DNA of 64,000 bases, taken from the human T2T-CHM13v2.0 reference genome, Homo sapiens. The number at the start of each line of letters is the position of its first letter. Within the stretch, counting starts at the first letter, position 1. The position numbers and the translations under genes were made by a program. The notes beneath the pieces were generated by a model that saw only the letters and a list, made by a program, of their open reading frames with translations, had not been told where the DNA came from and ran no database searches. Location of the stretch: the NCBI RefSeq assembly GCF_009914755.1, contig NC_060925.1. One strand, given 5' to 3'. Shown piece after piece: positions 24,444-36,998 of this stretch.

Positions 24444-27400
24444 GTGAGTCGGGGACCCTGGGAGTCCGCGCGTCCCGTCTCAGTGAGAGGGGGAGCCGGT
24501 GGGCCCGAGAAGTCCTGGGGGATCCCGGGGTGGGAGTCCTGGGAGACCAGAGCTGGGGGCTGGGAGGGGACGGAGAGGGGGACGCACTCTGTGGGCGTCT
24601 AGGAAACTCGGGGGTGTCTGAAGAGGCTGTTGGGCTATAGTAAGGAGCGCTCGGGCCGTGTGGAGGAGGCTGCTGGAGGGGCCCCCCACCCCATCTTGGC
24701 TTCTCTCCGCACCCGCCGCTGGAATAGCATGCCCCTGTCCCATAGTCCCACCAGTTGGGCTGGGGTTTGGGGGTAGCGCTGTGCTGGGGATAGGCCGCTG
24801 CATTTTGGGGCCCAGGGATGACCTGTTTTTGGCCATGAGGGCTTCCAGGGGTTCTGTCTAGGACTCCTGCTTTTAAAAGTGGGGTCCAGAGCTGAGGCAG
24901 GGAGTCCGACCGAGCACCTCCCTAGAAGGAAGGCGAATGGGTTGTCTTGGTTGTGTGGATAAGCCCGGCTAGGGTGAGCTAGGGCTGGGTCGCTGAGTTG
25001 GGGGGCCCTGGGAATGCTGCTTGGTTAGGATGGGAACGTGGGGTACCGGCGAGACGGAAGGCGGCAGAGAGATGTCGGTGTGTCACACACGCACACACAC
25101 GCCCGGGCTGGGGACGGCGAATGGCTCCAAGTGTGAGCGGGCGTGCGCGGCTGTCAGTGTGCGTGTGTGTCTGAGTGTGTGATTTGTGTGTCTGCGTCGG
25201 CGATCGTCTGGGGGTGGGAGCGGGCTGCGGGTCGGGGAAGGGGCTGCGGTCGCTGTCCGCGCGGCCAGCTGCGTCTGGGCTGGGGTGGCTGTTGGCGCCG
25301 CCGCGGTCTGGGCGGGTGTCAGGGCGGCCGTGTGGTTTCCCGGGGTGTGTGGCGCGGTGGCCGGGTGCTGGCTGCGGGGCCGGGTCCTCATTCTGCTCAG
25401 TCCTTGCTGCCCTTGTCTTCTCCTCCCCGCCAAGCCGCCGTGTGTATCTCCCTGGCCACATCAGTGTGTGTCTGTGTGTTAGTAGGGGGAGATCCCTGGG
25501 GACGCGGGGGTCACTGTCACACCTGCCCGGGCGGTGGCGGCAGCACTGCCTCTGGCTGCCCACCCCAGGGACCGACCGACCAGGGAGCAAATGGCCAGAC
25601 CCCAGGGGAGGGGACCGGGAGGGCCGGGCGGCCGCGACCCCCAACCTCTCGGAGGAGGGGCTGCCGCTCGCCGCTCCGCTCTTTGTTGTTTGGGGCTCCG
25701 CGCCTCCCCCTCTCTCCCTCCTCGCGCCCGGAGTGTCAGACTGGGGGTGGGGATGAGCCAACGACGCCCCCCTCTCGCTTCCCATGGAAACCTCGGGGGT
25801 GGGGACGTGGCCCCTCCCCCCCGGAGCGGGACTCCAAGAACTCCGGGGGGCGCTGGGGGCTGACTTTCCAGCTCTATCTAGCTCAGCCCCCTCCCCCAGA
25901 CTCACACGTCCGCCCCCCACCCCGCTAGAGTCTGGCGGGGAACGGAGAGCTCGCAGGTGAGGGGCCCCGGGTTCCCCGCCACCCTTGGAGCACCTCAGCG
26001 TTCTTAGGGGAAGCCAGAGCCGGGGAGGATGCGGGAATAGGTTTGGTGGGGGGAGGTGTTGATCAGGTTCCCCTCCCCCGCATACACCTGGGCGCAGGTG
26101 AAAGCTCAGGGAGCGGGTGGGGGAGCCCGGGTTCCGGGAGCCTCCTTTCTGTCCTCTCTACTCCGTGCGGGCCTGGGCCGGCAGAGGTAGGAGGGGGCGC
26201 ACACCGGGCCAGGAGGCTGCCGCCGCCCCCGCCTCGCTTCCCGGGCCTTTGTTGCCGCTGCGCCCGGGCTCCCCGGCTCCCTCACTGCGGCAGCCGCGGC
26301 CCCATAAATCGTGAGAGCGACGTGCTCCGGAGCCGAGAATGGAGAGGGCCGGGGAGCTGGGGGCGGGGCCGACCGAGCCACAGGCTCCCGCGCCCCCTCC
26401 CCCTAGTCACGTGAGCTGGGCTCCTGGCTCCCACCTCCCGTCACGTGCGGAGGGTCTCTGCCCCTTGGGGTCACGTGGGGAGGGTCTTGCGACCCCGCCT
26501 CCTGGGGGGGTCACGTGCGTCGGCCTCCTTTGACAGACCTGGGGACTGTGCCTTGCACACCGGCCGCGACCTAGCCCTCTGCCCCCCACTCAGTACTTCC
26601 ATTTAGTCCCGTGGAATAGGAGAGATCTGTTCCCAATCTGGCCCAGAAACTAGGGATGGGGGGACTGTATTGGAGCGATGCATTAGAGTATGAGGTCGAG
26701 GAGTCCCCTAAGCCGGGAATCGAACTTGGTGAGGGGGGTTGGGACGGCCGATGGCCAAATATATGCCCCCTGGCCTGTGTTTCATTTCTTTGCAGAACTG
26801 AGCAAGGATGTTGGTATTTGCTCCGTTCTCAAGGAGCTTCGGGAACATCTTTCTATATAGCTGTCTCTCGACCTATCTCTGAAATGCTTCTGTTGCTGAT
26901 CTCTCTTTCATTCATGCATTCATTCAACAAATATTTATTGAGGCTCTACTACGTCCCTGATGGTCTTTCTCTGTGTTTTCTCCCAGTCTCTGAGTCTCAG
27001 CCTTGCACCCTTCCCTGTCCCTGCTTCTCTCCTTTGCGTCTCTGTCTCCGTCTCCGCCGTCTGTGGGCCTCTCTGGCCTGCCTGTCTCTCCTGTTCTCCA
27101 AGACTCTCGGTTCTCGTTCTCTTCCCTGCCTCTCTCGGTTTCTGCGTCTCTCTCGCACTGTGTCTCCCTTCCTTTCCCCTTTCAGTGAATCCGGCCTCTG
27201 CCACCCTCCCCTTGTCGGTGTGTGTCTCCCCCTCACTCCGTCTCTGTGTCTCGCTTTCGGCAGGTCTCTCGCTCCTCTCCGCCGCTGCAGATCAATAAAC
27301 CTTCGCCGCCGCCGCCGCCGCTGTCGCAGGGAGGAGGGGCGGAGGTGTCGGGCGCGCTGATTCTCCCCCACCCGACGCGGCCCAGGGAAGCCTTGCGCCC

Positions 27401-30400
27401 AGACCTGGGCTGTCCAGACTGGGACGGGCGGGGCGCCGAGGCCCAGGGCGCCTGAGGGGCGCAGAGGTGTCAGCGTGCAACCGCCGCCCCCCAGCGTTCC
27501 CGCCACCACCGCCACCACCCTCAAAGCCCGGGCGCGCGGACCCCACGCCGCGCACACGTGGTCCGGCCTCGCCTGCTGGAGCGGGCGGCGCGCAGCCTCG
27601 GGGGCGCGCGCTAGAGGGAAGAGGAACCCGGGTCTACATTAGTCCTCCACCCCTGTAACTCTGCAGCCCGGCGTCTAAGACCGGGGCTGGGGGTGGAGGA
27701 TGGCGAGGATTTGACAAGTTCAGGGCCCCCTGGGATCCTTTCCCTACTCCCTGGTCTTGTTGGACACCCTGTTTACCTGCCCTAATTGCCCCGGGCTGGG
27801 GGAGAAGTTTGCTCCTTCCCCGCTCCGCCCGCCTGCCCCCTCCGCGGACACTCCGGGTTAAGTGGAGCCAGGCGCGGGCCGGCAGGGCACTGAAAGCGAG
27901 AGAGAGGTGTCGGGATGCGCCTCAGAGGCTGTGAGAGCCAGGAGAGACCGAAATAACGGGGTGAGGGGACACCCCCTCCAAATGGGGTGTGTCGGCATTC
28001 GCCTTTCTGCAAGAGAGGCGAGAGGCTATAGGGGATGAAGTGGAGCAAGAAGAGAGAACAGTACGAAGGGGCAGGGCACAACCCGGTCCCCAGGTCCCAG
28101 CCCACCCCCACCCTTCCGCAGGAGGCGCGGCCCTAGAGGCGGGGTTAGCTGCGGAGCTTCGCGTGGGCCCAGCGGCACCTCTCTCTCCGCACTGCTAGGG
28201 AGAAGGAGGGAGGATGACAGATTCAATTAAAGTGCCCAAGCCAAGCAGACACGTTGGGTCTCCAAAGAGTTGTGGCTGGGAATTCCTGGCTCTCACCCCG
28301 TTTGTCCCCGTGCCCTCTGTGTACCAACTGGGCCCAGCCACCCCACCGGCAGGTCTTTCTCTCACATGCCCAGCCTTGGGGGGGCATTTCAGGGGCTGTT
28401 CCTGCCACCCAGCGCAGGAGTACATAACAGATGGCTTCCCTTCACCTGTGGTCGCCCTGCAACCTTTTTTATAAGGCTAGTCCTGCCCTGTTGAGGAAAT
28501 GGAATTACCTGTAGGAATACCTTGGGTGTTGGCTTCCTCCCTGCTGGAATGGGGTGTGTTGTAGGGGGAACTGGGCGGTACAGCAGGGAGGGGCTGCTTC
28601 AGAGTGGGACTGGAAACATGGGTGAGGCTCAAAGACAGAGATCCCAGTGTGGCTGTGCAGCTGCTCCAGACCTGGCACCCTCACCACTGGAGGCCCCCTC
28701 CCCAAGGCCTGAGGGGAGGAACAGACTGTGGGTTGGTGACGGACAGGCAAGCCTAGGATGGCAGTTTGGAGCCAGGCCTGGTCTAACCCGTTTTCCTGCT
28801 CCCAGTGCCGCAGGCCGAGGCTCCTGCCCACCTGAGTGCCAGGGCAAGGGAGGGGCCTGAGTGACCCATTAATCCCATGGGAACAGAGTGGGGCTGGTGG
28901 CATTCCTGATGACCAAAGGAGGCTGTGCCAATTCTTACTGGGGTACCCAAACATCAGCTCTCTGCCTGCCTCACTGTCAGGCTTGGAATGGGTTGCTGGT
29001 GGAGGGGACAGCACAAGCAAAGCCAAGGAAGTGGGGTCAGGGGGGAGGGACCCCCAAGGCCCCACCGTGTGCAGAAGCCTCCACGCTCATTTCTTTAATG
29101 GATCTAATTACTGTTTGGGGAACTGGGTGGTGCCTGGTGACATAGGGAGCCAGTCTCTCCCCCCAGGGAGCTCCCAGGGACTAGGGACCCCGTGGTATGA
29201 CATTTTGCCAAGGACCCCATGCCTTTCTGTGTCCACCACTCTCCTTGCACTGCCAAGATATGTGCATTCTTACGCTAAAGAAATTAGGGAAAACTCCTGC
29301 CCCCTCTCCGAGTTTCTTTCTCCATTCAGAGGTTTCTCCATCCCCACACCGCTCACTACTGCCATCGAGGGTGTTAAGACCAACACTTTGATGGTGACTA
29401 GCAAGGCAGGTGGGGATTACAAGGGACCCAGCATCTGCTTCTCTGTCCCAAAGAGGGATCAGGGAAATAAGAGGCGCAGCCATCTTGTCTAGGCCCTGTG
29501 CCCACTGCTCTGCCCAGCATCATTAAGGGGGGCCGTTGTGCCAGGTTGAGGAAGGAGGTGCACAATGAGACAGAAGTTTGGGCTGGTTGGCATGATGCCA
29601 TGTGGAGTCTTGGTACTGAGTCCCTTAGCGCCCTCATGTGTTTAAAGTTCCTGGGAGCCTAACTGTCCTTGGCCTCAGGGTGGGGTCTCTGTCACGGGAC
29701 TCAAGGTACAGAAGCCAGTGATACTGTAGTATGGGGAGGGCAGGGGGAGACCCCCAGATTGGTGGGGTCAACCAATACTGGCATGCGGGCCAGCACACAT
29801 ACAGCCCAGCTTTTCTGTGTGTCTGCTGCCTATGAGTGGGCGGTGGACATATTTGTGCGTGTGCCATAGAACTTATGCATGTATATGCATGAAGCCGCCA
29901 TACATGCGTCTGTAAGGGCAGGTCCTGTTGGACTGGCCTCCGGGGTGGACTGGCAGCCGCAGGGAAGCATGGTGGGAGAAGCGATGGAGGGTGTGTGCGT
30001 CCCTCGGAGGGGATCCCTCCCACGTTCACCCTTGGCTTCCATCCCTCCCATCCCTCCTCCCGGCTGCTGAATTATGGGGGATGGACGGAGGAAATCCGGG
30101 CCTGGGTCTGAGAGTCGCTGGGGCCTGCGCCGTTTCTGTGGCAACCAAAGCGTACGTTCCCTTCTTCCCTCCGCCCCTCTCCCTCGCCTCCTTTTCTTTG
30201 GAGGCAGGCCGGGCTTCCCTGCGCCTTTGCTACCCTCTGGTGGCCAACAGGAGAAGGACAGACCAAGAAGGAGGGCACGGAAGGAGACTTAGGGGAGCGG
30301 CGGCACTAGGGCCCCGGGGGCAGAGACAGGGCTGAGCCGCGAGGAAGCTCGGAGGAAAAGTCGGAAGGCTACGCGGACCCTGGGGAGGGGCTGCGGGGCG

Positions 30401-31917
30401 GTCAGATGGAAAGCGGCTTTGCTCTGGGGTTTCTTCTCTCTGAGCCGCTTCCTCTTCCCCACAGCCTGCGGCGAGAGGGCTACACCGTGCAGGTGAACGT
30501 GAACGACTATCTGGATATTTACTGCCCGCACTACAACAGCTCGGGGGTGGGCCCCGGGGCGGGACCGGGGCCCGGAGGCGGGGCAGAGCAGTACGTGCTG
30601 TACATGGTGAGCCGCAACGGCTACCGCACCTGCAACGCCAGCCAGGGCTTCAAGCGCTGGGAGTGCAACCGGCCGCACGCCCCGCACAGCCCCATCAAGT
30701 TCTCGGAGAAGTTCCAGCGCTACAGCGCCTTCTCTCTGGGCTACGAGTTCCACGCCGGCCACGAGTACTACTACATCTGTGAGTGACGGCGGCCGGGCGG
30801 GCGGGTCTGAACGCGAGAGTCTGAGTGACAGCCGGGGGGTGGAGCCCCTAGGCTCCGGGGCGGGGCCGGCGCGGCGGGCGCCAGGTCTCGCGGCTGAGAC
30901 CAGGGAGGAGGCGTGGGCACGGGACGCCTGAGGGGTTCAGCTCAGACGAGGTCGTGGGGCCAAGAGAGGAGTTTGGTGACAGTCCCAAGTTTGGGCTGCG
31001 GAGAATCGCTGTTTCTGTGAGGGACATTCCGGGGTTGGAACATCAGGGATCCCAGTTTCTTGAGGGGTGGGACCAAAGGGGCGTCTAGGGCCGACGGCAG
31101 AGCTAAAGTGACCCGTGTCCAAAGGGTAGGGGAGCTCCTGAAGGAGACCGCCCGACGGGGACAGTTTGGAGGGGGTGAGAAATAGAGCCGTCGAGGGAGG
31201 GCACAGGCACACATTGGGCGAAAGTGACTCAGGCCCGGTCTCCTCCCCAGCCACGCCCACTCACAACCTGCACTGGAAGTGTCTGAGGATGAAGGTGTTC
31301 GTCTGCTGCGCCTCCAGTGAGTAGAATAGGCTCCGAGCCGCGCCCCCATCCTCAGCTCCCTGCTTTGGGGCTCCCCTGGCTTCCTGGGGGTGGGGGCGGA
31401 GGGCACAGGTGAGGGGGGCTTGCTCCCCAGCCGTAGCAAGGGGAGGGAATCCTGGCCCTGACTCTCCCCTCCTCTCTCCCCACCCGCACCCCACCCCGCA
31501 GCATCGCACTCCGGGGAGAAGCCGGTCCCCACTCTCCCCCAGTTCACCATGGGCCCCAATGTGAAGATCAACGTGCTGGGTGAGTCTGCGCAGCGCCCTC
31601 TGGTGGCCACTGCTGGAACCGCAGCCCCCCGCCCCGGTGCCTGCTCACCTCGCATGCCTTCCCTGGGGGCACTGATACTTCCTACCCTGTGGGTGGTCAC
31701 GTCCCTGGCTCCATTGCTGCTGCCGCGTGCCCCTGCCCTGGCGCGCAACCCAGCCCTCACCAGTCTGTCTGTTCCTCTGTCCACAGAAGACTTTGAGGGA
31801 GAGAACCCTCAGGTGCCCAAGCTTGAGAAGAGCATCAGCGGGACCAGCCCCAAACGGGAACACCTGCCCCTGGCCGTGGGCATCGCCTTCTTCCTCATGA
31901 CGTTCTTGGCCTCCTAG
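24316..31917 (+). CDS. EFNA3: Ephrin-A3 (238 aa, GPI-anchored)
   Basis: join(24316-24443,30465-30778,31251-31316,31502-31579,31787-31917) = 717 nt; RHAVYWNSSN, DYLDIYCPHY, FSEKFQRYSAFSLGYEF, C-terminal LAVGIAFFLMTFLAS. Confidence 0.98.
26406..26517. promoter_or_regulatory. Four tandem GTCACGTG E-box/HRE/CLEAR-like motifs
   Basis: Copies start at 26406, 26440, 26470 and 26510; extra ACGTG at 26320. Confidence 0.75.
30050..31000. promoter_or_regulatory. Intragenic CpG island around EFNA3 exon 2 (candidate internal promoter)
   Basis: CpG-dense; X-box-like GTTTCTGTGGCAAC 30132-30145; CTCF-like motif 30230-30243 (-). Confidence 0.65.
30465..30778 (+). CDS. EFNA3: EFNA3 exon 2
   Basis: LRREGYTVQVNVNDYLDIYCPHY...HEYYYI; includes a Gly/Pro insert GVGPGAGPGPGGG. 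Confidence 0.97.
31251..31316 (+). CDS. EFNA3: EFNA3 exon 3
   Basis: TPTHNLHWKCLRMKVFVCCAS. Confidence 0.96.
31502..31579 (+). CDS. EFNA3: EFNA3 exon 4 (78 nt, symmetric, skippable in frame)
   Basis: SHSGEKPVPTLPQFTMGPNVKINVL. Confidence 0.95.
31593..31606 (-). promoter_or_regulatory. CTCF motif
   Basis: Reverse complement CCACCAGAGGGCGC matches the core consensus. Confidence 0.75.
31787..31917 (+). CDS. EFNA3: EFNA3 exon 5, coding part (GPI signal)
   Basis: DFEGENPQVPKLEKSISGTSPKREHLPLAVGIAFFLMTFLAS*. Confidence 0.96.
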
Positions 31918-32715
31918 CTCTGCCCCCTCCCCTGGGGGGGGGAGAGATGGGGCGGGGCTTGGAAGGAGCAGGGAGCCTTTGGCCTCTCCAAGGGAAGCCT
32001 AGTGGGCCTAGACCCCTCCTCCCATGGCTAGAAGTGGGGCCTGCACCATACATCTGTGTCCGCCCCCTCTACCCCTTCCCCCCACGTAGGGCACTGTAGT
32101 GGACCAAGCACGGGGACAGCCATGGGTCCCGGGCGGCCTTGTGGCTCTGGTAATGTTTGGTACCAAACTTGGGGGCCAAAAAGGGCAGTGCTCAGGACTC
32201 CCTGGCCCCTGGTACCTTTCCCTGACTCCTGGTGCCCTCTCCCTTTGTCCCCCCAGAGAGACATATGCCCCCAGAGAGAGCAAATCGAAGCGTGGGAGGC
32301 ACCCCCATTGCTCTCCTCCAGGGGCAGAACATGGGGAGGGGACTAGATGGGCAAGGGGCAGCACTGCCTGCTGCTTCCTTCCCCTGTTTACAGCAATAAG
32401 CACGTCCTCCTCCCCCACTCCCACTTCCAGGATTGTGGTTTGGATTGAAACCAAGTTTACAAGTAGACACCCCTGGGGGGGCGGGCAGTGGACAAGGATG
32501 GCAAGGGGTGGGCATTGGGGTGCCAGGCAGGCATGTACAGACTCTATATCTCTATATATAATGTACAGACAGACAGAGTCCCTTCCCTCTTTAACCCCCT
32601 GACCTTTCTTGACTTCCCCTTCAGCTTCAGACCCCTTCCCCACCAGGCTAGGCCCCCCACACCTGGGGGACCCCCTGGCCCCTCTTTTGTCTTCTGTGAA
32701 GACAGGACCTATGCA

Positions 32716-32723
32716 ACGCACAG
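32716..32723 (+). promoter_or_regulatory. miR-210-3p seed site in the EFNA3 3'UTR
   Basis: ACGCACAG is complementary to miR-210-3p nt 1-8 (CUGUGCGU); EFNA3 is an established miR-210 target. Confidence 0.88.
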
Positions 32724-32891
32724 ACACTTTTGGAGACCGTAAAACAACAGCGCCCCCTCCCTTCCAGCCCTGAGCCGGGAACCATCTCCCAGGACCTTGC
32801 CCTGCTCACCCTATGTGGTCCCACCTATCCTCCTGGGCCTTTTTCAAGTGCTTTGGCTGTGACTTTCATACTCTGCTCTTAGTCTAAAAAA

Positions 32892-32897
32892 AATAAA
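32892..32897 (+). terminator. EFNA3: EFNA3 poly(A) signal
   Basis: AATAAA followed by GT-rich gtgtgtgtgattt. Confidence 0.88.
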
Positions 32898-33279
32898 CTG
32901 GAGATAAAAATAACTGAGTGTGTGTGATTTCAAGGGGCCATCACCCTTCTGTTACACTGGTTAAACCTCACAGGGCACAGGGCCTGAGTAGGAGAGGGAA
33001 TTCTGGGGCCAAAGAGTCACAACGAGGTGTTCAAATCTTGTTCTGGGGCTCATCTTCATTACAAAGGCAGCGCTGCTTGGAAAGAGCAAGAGGGGCCTCC
33101 AGGCAGGGCCTGGTTGACTTTGGGCAAATCACTCAACCTCTCTGATTCTCAGGTATCCCACCAGAAAAACTGGTTGTGGTATCTCTCTCTTAGGGTTGGT
33201 GTAGGGATTAAATGACGCAGGGAGTTAAAGGCTCCATCAATTATGGTTTCCACCTTTTCTTCCCCTTCCATGCTGTAAT

Positions 33280-33675
33280 TGAGGTTCTTGACTGGAGTCT
33301 ATGGATTTCAGGGGATTTGAGAACCTAGACAGAAAAAAAACTATCTTTATTTTCACTTGCCTATAACTAAAATTTAACATTCTCTTGTGTGCTTGGGCAG
33401 CAAGCCATAATAGTATTAATAGTACCTGTGACTTTGTAACCAGAAATCACACGTTTTCAGGCTGCATTATAGTTGTTGAAGATATCTCAAAATACAATTT
33501 ACACTCATCAGTACTTTGAAATGATCATAGTTGTTAGGCCTTCCTCATTTTTAATGTGTTAATAAGAAAGCATATATATTACTATATCAAGAAATGTAAA
33601 TGTTTTGATAACTCTTTCAATATAATTAGCTTTCTTTATAACCCTTTGTAATTTTACTCATTTCAAACATTATGC
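33280..33675. mobile_element. Charlie4-like DNA transposon
   Basis: AT-rich block with tttcaatataattagctttctttataaccc resembling the recalled Charlie4 consensus. Confidence 0.55.
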
Positions 33676-34867
33676 CCAAGGTGCTGGGAGTTTGCTGGGG
33701 CTGGGGCTGCTCATAACTACACCACCCTGCATCGCTCGGGAGGGCAGAGAGGACAGAAGGGCAAAAGACAGGATAATGGCCGCTTCCCAGGGGCCCCAGA
33801 GAAGGTCAGGGTTTACAGACCAGCACAGCATAAGGGAGTGCGGATAGGGGCTGAAATGTACCTGCAACTTCACTTGCTGAGCCAAGTGCCTGGCCCAGGG
33901 AGGGGACACCTTATTGCCAAGCTGTGCACCCATGGGACTCCATCCCACCCAGGCTCTCTAATTGGCACTGTGTGAGCAGGCCAGATCCTGTGTGCCCCTG
34001 TGGCTCTTGCCGGCTGCTTTGTGAGAATGAGCCCTTGGTGGTAAGGACTGTGTTTTCTGCTCCTCTCTACCCATAAAACATGGAAAATGGAATCTGAGCT
34101 AGACTCTGCAGAGTGGGTGGGTTTCCCAATAGCGGAACAGGGAAGAGTGTGGGGTGGGAGAGCAGGTGGGGAAAGAACTGGGGGCAGCCACTAGACCAGT
34201 CTGAGACTCCCTACAGACTGATAAGACAGAAAAGGTGGGCCTATCCATCCAATCGTCCATGCATTCAATCCACATTTATCGAGCACCTGCCGAGTGCCAG
34301 GCTCTATCCTGGGTATTGGAGACACAAGATATAGTCTCTACCCCAAAATAAGCTCATACTTTAGTATGTGTTGATGTATGAGCAGAAATTGGTAACACAC
34401 ACATACATAACTGACAACATAACCAGCTCTTTCGTGGGTAAATGCCTGGGAGCTGTGGGAATGCCAAGAAAAAGCACACACTTGCCTAGGGACAGAGGAA
34501 AGAGGCTTCAGACAGGAGGAGATACACAGAGCGGGGTCGGGTACTGTTGGGGAGAATCTCGAGGACCCATAGTAGTGGGCCTGGGCTGCAGGCTTGCTTC
34601 AATTCCCCGGGCCAGGCAGGATAGGGGCTGGCCAGATGGGATGGGGGAGGGCCTTGCAGATTCAAAAATTCTGGAATAGTAAGACTGAAAGGGCCAAGCA
34701 CTTTGGGCAGTAACTAGAATAAGCCAGCTTCCATTCACTGAGCACCTCCTATGTGCCGAGTGCTGCGCCTTTGTAAGCCTCACTATTCCAATAACACAGA
34801 TGAGGATCTAAGACTTAGGGCCACACAGCCTGGCTAATGATAGGGCTGGCATTCAAAGTGGGTCTAA

Positions 34868-36350
<1,483 letters not shown>

Positions 36351-36984
36351 TGAAATCAGTTTTAAAAGCTGCGGAGCCCTGCTGAGGATTTTCCCGTCCA
36401 GCGAGGCTTTCAATCCCAGAGCATGTAAGGAAGACTGGGGAGAGAGGTCTGCACTTAGATGGCCAGACACCAATGACCCTGAGCCTGTCTGGTACAGGGC
36501 CCTACTTTGTGACACCAAGGTCTGCAGAGCCCAGGGCGTCCTGGCCAAGGCAGTGGTAAGATGTCACCAGGCACAGTGGTATGGCCTGAGGGCAGAGCAG
36601 CCTCACCCTGGGCAGGGTCTTCTTCACCCTTGTGTTGTCTCATGTTGGCCCCCTCCAGCACAGGCACAAAGAGGGCTCCCACCTGACACGCTGGCATTCC
36701 CAGAGGCTGTCACAGGTTAATGCCCCCAACACAGGTAGAGATCGCACACATCCCTCCTCTTCCCGTCCTCCCCAGGGTGAAAAACAACAGCAACATCAAA
36801 CAACTGAACAGAGATTTTGGCTTGGAGAGTAAAGTTCAGAGCTGCCCCGCCCCTCCCTTCGGGGTGAGAGGTCACTCCAGCAGCGCTGTGGGTAGCAGGG
36901 AAGGAGCTATTTACAATCCCGGCTGGGGTCTAAGCCTCGCTGCCACGTGGGTTTGCCACTCGGGGCCTGCAAGTCTGCCGATAT

Positions 36985-36998
36985 CCACCAGGTGGCGC
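36985..36998 (+). promoter_or_regulatory. CTCF motif
   Basis: CCACCAGGTGGCGC in a locally CpG-retaining patch. Confidence 0.75.

Larger units (their letters stand above)
24050..27700. promoter_or_regulatory. EFNA3: EFNA3 promoter / intron-1 CpG island
   Basis: Very high CpG density, GC boxes upstream of the ATG, extends about 3 kb into intron 1. Confidence 0.88.

Noticed and set aside
24979-25928. Long overlapping ORFs (313 aa -, 261 aa +, 193 aa +) in EFNA3 intron 1
   Set aside because: Stop-poor CpG island, low-complexity G/P/R/A content, no domain, open in several frames at once.
26406-26517. Repeat-spacer look of the GTCACGTG array (CRISPR-like)
   Set aside because: 8-nt repeats in mammalian DNA with no cas genes; better explained as transcription-factor sites.
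26997-27557. Arg-rich, protamine-like minus-strand ORF
   Set aside because: Reverse translation of a CT-rich tract and a GCC repeat.
31784-31789. CAGAAG tandem acceptor of EFNA3 exon 5
   Set aside because: Would only remove one Glu, and AAG is a weak acceptor.
30289-32727. Minus-strand ORFs of 157, 280 and 239 aa over EFNA3
   Set aside because: Antisense shadows of GC-rich exons and UTR.
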